This document shows positions 59,175-64,000 of a stretch of 64,000 nt of DNA, piece by piece. How positions within the stretch are numbered: position 1 is the first letter of the stretch; each line of letters opens with the position of its first letter. Location of the stretch: the NCBI GenBank assembly GCA_039809265.1, contig JBDHUR010000002.1:15461-79460 (forward strand). The letters run 5' to 3'. The notes beneath the pieces are model-generated. The model had not been told where the DNA came from and ran no database searches. It worked only from the letters and a program-made list of their open reading frames with translations. The translations under genes were made by a program, and so were the position numbers. This DNA comes from Minisyncoccia bacterium. Its GTDB lineage: Bacteria > Patescibacteriota > Minisyncoccia > Phycocordibacterales > UBA9973.

Positions 59175-62100
59175 ATGAGTTTTTTATTTTCACATATCCG
59201 TAGATTTTTTCATACAAATACTGCAAAGCAGGGAGTGCAGATTTTCCAAAACGGCGCGCTTATAGCGTTCGTGTTTTTCCAAGTTGCAGGAGCTTTTACC
59301 GCATTTGGTTCCTATGTTCAAAATGACAATAGTGGTTATTTTTTGGTGGACTTTAATAATGACCAGCAAGGTATAGTATCAGATGGAGCACCGAAGCGAG
59401 AAAATATAGAGATAGATACGATACTTGGTGTTGCTGGCGTAGCTACTGGCTATTCTTCGGGTTATTTTACTACAGCAGATATTCATCCAAACTCTTTCAC
59501 AAAATGGAATAAGGTTGAGTTAACTGCAAATTATTCAAATCCAAGCGATGTGCAGATAAGTTTATACGAATGTAATTCTACCCCGATGCCTATCTCCGGT
59601 TTCCAAAATCTCACACTTTCCGGCGGTATGTATGATATAAGCTCACTTTCACCAGCAACCTACCCATGTATTGCCGTGCGTGTAGATATGACAAGTGGCA
59701 CGGTGTCTCCGACAGTGGACTCTTTGCGTGTCAGCTGGGATCCTTTGCCAGCGTACCTGCTTGCGGTTTCTGTACCGACAAGTGTTCCTGCAGGGTCAGT
59801 TCTTGATGCAAATGTGAATTATTCTGTCTCATATGTAAACGATGTAAACACTGTTGTTTGGACTACTTTGCCATCAGTAATGTCCGGCACTTACAACCCG
59901 CTTTACAATCAAAACCCCGAACTGACTTTTGTTTCTGCAAGTAATGGCGGACAATACACTGTCTCCGGAATAACTATAAATGGCATTACTGTGCCTGCAA
60001 AAAGTATTTATTGGGATTTAGGCAATGTGAATGCGGGGCAGTCCGGTACTCTCAACTTCAAGCTGCAGACTGGCAATGGCTGGCAGAATGGTATGAAGTT
60101 TGGTTTTAGCGCAAGCATAGACTCTTTGAAGGGTAACCAGTACAACGCCGATGCCGACCAGTCTACGACAGGAATACAGACTTACAATGCAACCATTACA
60201 TCTGCTCCAAGCCCAGAATTTATAAAATCTGTTTCTGGTACAGCCAAGATTGGCAACACTGACTATGTGGTTTCTGGCGGTTCTTACACGCCAATCGTAA
60301 CTTATAGTCTGACTTTGAAAAATGTTTTCAACGCTACTGGCAGAGAGACGATATTCAACCCAGTTATCACGGATGATGTTTCAGATATTTTATCCAAACT
60401 AAACTCTGTGTGTTCTGTATCTGTGCCTTCTTCTCGCATTTCTCCGCTTGGCGGCGGGACACTTGCCGGCAACACCATTACTTGGGATGCAACTTCTGGT
60501 GATATCACAAACATTTTGCCCGGAAGCTCAGCAGCTGTTTCCTATACAGTAGATTATACAGGCTGTCCAAATGGGGCGACTTTGTATGAGAATAGCGCTT
60601 CAGCTTTTTCAGACAATATGTCAAATGTTAATGCCGAGCATTCTGTAGTTGTTGGTGTGGACACAACACCACGCGGAAATTTTGCAAAAGGAGACAAAGT
60701 AAAAGGCAACTCTGGCGTCCAAGGAAATACGGATGACAATCCAACTGCCTTACAAACCTACGGCGACAATTTTTCTTACCTTCTACAAATGGTAAACACG
60801 GGCATGGTGGCAGGCGGAGACTATGTAGCTACGGACAGGGTGCCAGATGGTCTTACATTTATTAGCGCGACTATTCCGACAAATGCAGGAGGTACTGTAT
60901 ACTACAATACTTCTACAGCTGGTACAGCACCAACATACAGCGTGTCTCCTGGTGTAGGTATTTCTGGTGGTGGCTGGACTTCTACAGCTCCAGTAGATCC
61001 TTCTACCGTGAAGTGGGTGGCTACATATGTTCCGTGTCTGAATTCTCCATTTTTCCCAGCTCCCGCAACAAACTCCGCGTGTTATAACAAGCCTTCCCAG
61101 GTTGTTTCTGAAATCCAAGTTTCTATAAATACTGTTTCAGATATTTGTTTAGATACAAATATCAGCAACACCGCGGACTTCAAAGTCTATGCTGCATCTA
61201 CAAGTATAGAGAACAAAGTCCTCACTCCTTCTGGTACAAGCCTTATGTCTGCGACCGACACAGAGCAAACACACGTTACGCCTTCACTTGCAGCTTTCAA
61301 TATAAACTCAAACATCTCTGGTCCAACTGCGACCATGGTGGGGCAGACAGTTACATATAGTATAAATGTTTCCAACACAGGCATAGACGCAGCGCAGGCT
61401 ACAACAGTGACGATACCTACTCCACAGATAAACGTGAACGGAGTACCGACGTATCTTTCTTTTGTGCAAGCACTTGGTGGAGCAGTAAATACTGGCTCGT
61501 TGCCAACTTCTGTTTCTGTCGGGCTTGGTACTATGAATGTAGGTGCTACGAAAACTGTAACAATAAGCTATAGCATACCGTCCGGAGTGAAGAATAATGA
61601 CAATTTTACTTTGAATGCAAATATTTCTGCTACAGACGACAATAACTGCCGTCCAATAAATGCTTCTGTCAGCCATACAACCTCTGTATCTTCGCGTCCA
61701 GAGTTGCAGACATTTAAGAATGCAGAAGAATCTGTGGTTTCTGGCGGACAGGATATACATTACGATATTACTTTCAGAAATACTGGCAATGCACCTACAT
61801 CGGGTACATATATAGTAGATCGCATTCCCGCTAAAACTATTTTCAAAGAAGCGTATACAAGCGGCACGAACAGCAATACCGTAGCATTTTCTTGCACAGG
61901 TTGCCGTGTATATTTCTCTAGTTCTACATCCTTGCCGCCTACACTCTCTGTTGTGCAGCCGCTAAATGGCGCAATGATAAACAGCTATTTCAGCTTGGGT
62001 ACAGAAGTGAGTACTGGACTGTGGGCGCCGGTCGGCATGACGGCAAGCCAAGTCCGTTGGGTGGCGTGGCTCTTGGACGATACTACAAGCACAAACATTT

Positions 62101-64000
62101 TGCCGACCGGCGCAGTGGGCAAAGTAGGTTTGACTGTGACCAACGACGACGATCCTTCTACTACCGCTATAGACAATTCTCCTATCGGCACTATAGTTGC
62201 AAATGCTCCGGGAATATTCTCTACAGATTTAATCCAGGCAATAGACAACCAAGTGTTTACTACTATTCTGCCAGATCCAGGACTTCGTATTACAAAAACT
62301 TCCGACAAAGACGTGGTCTATGCTGGCGAGTCTTTCAACTGGAACATAGAATATTACAATGACTCTGGAAATCCGGATACAAGCGTAACTTTGACAGACA
62401 CCATGCCAGCCGGCACAAGTGTCAGCAAAGTATTCCATACATGGAATACTAAGGCCATAGCAGGAGGAGCAACACCTTCAGTAGAAACAGACATAACAGC
62501 CAATGCGAATGTTACTGTGTCTCCAAACGCAGACGGAACAACGACCGTGGCCGTAAATATTACTGGTTTGCGTGGCGGACCGCTTCTCAACATTGAAGGC
62601 GGTATTATCCGTATAGAGACAAATACAAGTAACACTTTAGTCACTGGTACATCTGTTACTAACACTGTGCAAGGATGTTTCTCTAACCCAAGCGGAAGTT
62701 ACTGCATATCTTCGCAGGACGATGTAGCAGTAGAAAATCCAGACCTATGGATACGCAAGCAGGTAGATGTGACAGATCCTCTCGCAGGAGAAACTATAAA
62801 TTACACACTTATAGTTTCCAACGAAGGAGCACACGATGCCCCAAATGTTTTGATTAGTGACACTTTGCCGGCTGGACTTTGCTATAGCGGCCCGACCCAA
62901 ATAACAACTTCCGGATGGAGCATAGGATCGCCAATTATTACTGGTGGACCTTGCCAAAGCGCTAGCACGACTTTGGCGTGGAGTATAAGTAATGCAAATA
63001 ATATAAGTAATCCAGCATATACTCCATCTGGAACAATACCAGCAAACTCTGAGGATATATTCATACGCTACGCTGTGTCTGTGCATTCCTCTATTCTTCC
63101 GGGGACACTTTTGACAAACGGTGCACACATAGAAACAAACTTGACCGAAGACCCAATTTATCCAAACGATACGAGCGAAGATATAGAAACGCCTTTGCCA
63201 GACCCATATGTGGTGAAGACTTCGCAGCTAGTAGTGGATCCGGGAGCGATTTCTACTTTCACCATAACTTACGGCAATAACACACGCGAGACCGCACACG
63301 ATGTGTACATGATAGATACGTTCCCAATAGTTGGCTACCCTGGATACTCAGGAAACACTGACCCAGATATGAAGTTTGTCTCTGTTTCTGGATCTCACGG
63401 TGAGCAGTTCTATTACCATGAAGGACCACTTTCTGCCACAGCGCCAGCTTTTGATCCATCTGCGCCATCAACCGGTGGTTGGGCAAATACGCCTACAACT
63501 ACCACCGCATTTATGGCCGTGATTTTACCTGGTAACTTGGCTGGGCAAGCTGGCCCGTACCAAATACAAGTCAGCTTCCAGGCTGTAGACCCTATAACGT
63601 CCGCGCTTTTGCCGGCTGGACTTTCTATGACAAACAAAGTAGAAATTTTTTCTTCCACTACTGACTCAAATCTAACAAACAATCTCTCAACAGCAGCTAC
63701 TAACACTCCTGGTCTTGACCTTGCTATAGACAAAAAGGGAAGCCGAGAAGGCGGATTTCCCGGAGTTGCTCCTGGTGGCTCGATGACATACGACGTGACA
63801 GTGAAAAATCAGGGCACAGTGGATGCTTGTGCTGTCTATGTTTTAGACATTCCTTCAAGTGATCTCACTCTCGTTGCTCCATATCATAACTTCACCACGC
63901 TTGCTTTGGTCAACTCCATAGGTCAAAATGTTTTGCCTCATGACACTTCTGGCAACAACATCACAACTACAGTCGGTATTACTTACGACTCTGTCTCACG
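59175..64000 (+). CDS. Giant DUF11-repeat (CARDB-like/Ig-fold) cell-surface protein, 3'-truncated by the window (>1600 aa)
   Basis: A manual translation from the ATG at 59175 shows no stop through 64000. It has an N-terminal signal/TM and many repeats of the form GE.I.YT..V.N.G...A.NV...D.LPAGL. Confidence 0.7.
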   Translation, partial: MSFLFSHIRRFFHTNTAKQGVQIFQNGALIAFVFFQVAGAFTAFGSYVQNDNSGYFLVDFNNDQQGIVSDGAPKRENIEIDTILGVAGVATGYSSGYFTTADIHPNSFTKWNKVELTANYSNPSDVQISLYECNSTPMPISGFQNLTLSGGMYDISSLSPATYPCIAVRVDMTSGTVSPTVDSLRVSWDPLPAYLLAVSVPTSVPAGSVLDANVNYSVSYVNDVNTVVWTTLPSVMSGTYNPLYNQNPELTFVSASNGGQYTVSGITINGITVPAKSIYWDLGNVNAGQSGTLNFKLQTGNGWQNGMKFGFSASIDSLKGNQYNADADQSTTGIQTYNATITSAPSPEFIKSVSGTAKIGNTDYVVSGGSYTPIVTYSLTLKNVFNATGRETIFNPVITDDVSDILSKLNSVCSVSVPSSRISPLGGGTLAGNTITWDATSGDITNILPGSSAAVSYTVDYTGCPNGATLYENSASAFSDNMSNVNAEHSVVVGVDTTPRGNFAKGDKVKGNSGVQGNTDDNPTALQTYGDNFSYLLQMVNTGMVAGGDYVATDRVPDGLTFISATIPTNAGGTVYYNTSTAGTAPTYSVSPGVGISGGGWTSTAPVDPSTVKWVATYVPCLNSPFFPAPATNSACYNKPSQVVSEIQVSINTVSDICLDTNISNTADFKVYAASTSIENKVLTPSGTSLMSATDTEQTHVTPSLAAFNINSNISGPTATMVGQTVTYSINVSNTGIDAAQATTVTIPTPQINVNGVPTYLSFVQALGGAVNTGSLPTSVSVGLGTMNVGATKTVTISYSIPSGVKNNDNFTLNANISATDDNNCRPINASVSHTTSVSSRPELQTFKNAEESVVSGGQDIHYDITFRNTGNAPTSGTYIVDRIPAKTIFKEAYTSGTNSNTVAFSCTGCRVYFSSSTSLPPTLSVVQPLNGAMINSYFSLGTEVSTGLWAPVGMTASQVRWVAWLLDDTTSTNILPTGAVGKVGLTVTNDDDPSTTAIDNSPIGTIVANAPGIFSTDLIQAIDNQVFTTILPDPGLRITKTSDKDVVYAGESFNWNIEYYNDSGNPDTSVTLTDTMPAGTSVSKVFHTWNTKAIAGGATPSVETDITANANVTVSPNADGTTTVAVNITGLRGGPLLNIEGGIIRIETNTSNTLVTGTSVTNTVQGCFSNPSGSYCISSQDDVAVENPDLWIRKQVDVTDPLAGETINYTLIVSNEGAHDAPNVLISDTLPAGLCYSGPTQITTSGWSIGSPIITGGPCQSASTTLAWSISNANNISNPAYTPSGTIPANSEDIFIRYAVSVHSSILPGTLLTNGAHIETNLTEDPIYPNDTSEDIETPLPDPYVVKTSQLVVDPGAISTFTITYGNNTRETAHDVYMIDTFPIVGYPGYSGNTDPDMKFVSVSGSHGEQFYYHEGPLSATAPAFDPSAPSTGGWANTPTTTTAFMAVILPGNLAGQAGPYQIQVSFQAVDPITSALLPAGLSMTNKVEIFSSTTDSNLTNNLSTAATNTPGLDLAIDKKGSREGGFPGVAPGGSMTYDVTVKNQGTVDACAVYVLDIPSSDLTLVAPYHNFTTLALVNSIGQNVLPHDTSGNNITTTVGITYDSVS

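Overview
This 64-kb window appears to come from a small-genome, Patescibacteria/CPR-like bacterium of roughly 42-45% GC. It uses the standard genetic code (RF2 is present). Shine-Dalgarno sequences are almost absent and 5' leaders are short. The gene order, mostly on the + strand, is as follows. First, a type IV pilus module: partial pilB/gspE ATPase, pilC, and five consecutive prepilin-like genes, one fused to an LVIVD beta-propeller, followed by an orphan PAS histidine kinase. Then gatC-gatA, a membrane protein with a C-terminal HEPN-like Rx4H motif, secreted and NHL-repeat surface proteins, prfB without a programmed frameshift, ftsE-ftsX, pyrG and tRNA-Gln. Next, a marR-hlyD-hlyD-MFS (emrRAB-like) efflux operon with a palindromic operator, a SpoU/TrmH methyltransferase, and an 800-bp AT-rich non-coding region with a strong promoter. 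This promoter drives a 978-aa cell-surface protein ending in an LAQTG sorting signal, followed by its sortase, a small membrane ORF and a CAP-domain protein. On the - strand come rsuA-like, MFS, RNase J with an Arg-rich N-terminal extension, a family-5 substrate-binding protein and secG. Back on the + strand are secreted and Kelch proteins and a stand-alone 16S rRNA. It is not linked to a 23S, has divergent universal-primer sites and apparently lacks the anti-SD. After that: dsbA(-), a processive GT2 synthase plus a membrane partner, tRNA-Thr(-), tsf-rpsB(-), proS (no INS domain), mreB-mreC-tgt, and a compact uvrB-uvrA-uvrC operon. uvrA carries a GC-rich palindromic in-frame insertion and lacks the insertion domain. 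The window ends with ftsB/divIC-like, a glutaredoxin-like gene, tRNA-Arg, a hypothetical gene and the start of a giant (>1600 aa) DUF11-repeat surface protein that runs off the window. Non-genic features include a ~66-bp terminator-containing element present at two loci, a G13 homopolymer, clusters of GC-rich palindromes and a long inverted repeat after uvrC. No CRISPR array, transposase or reverse transcriptase was seen.
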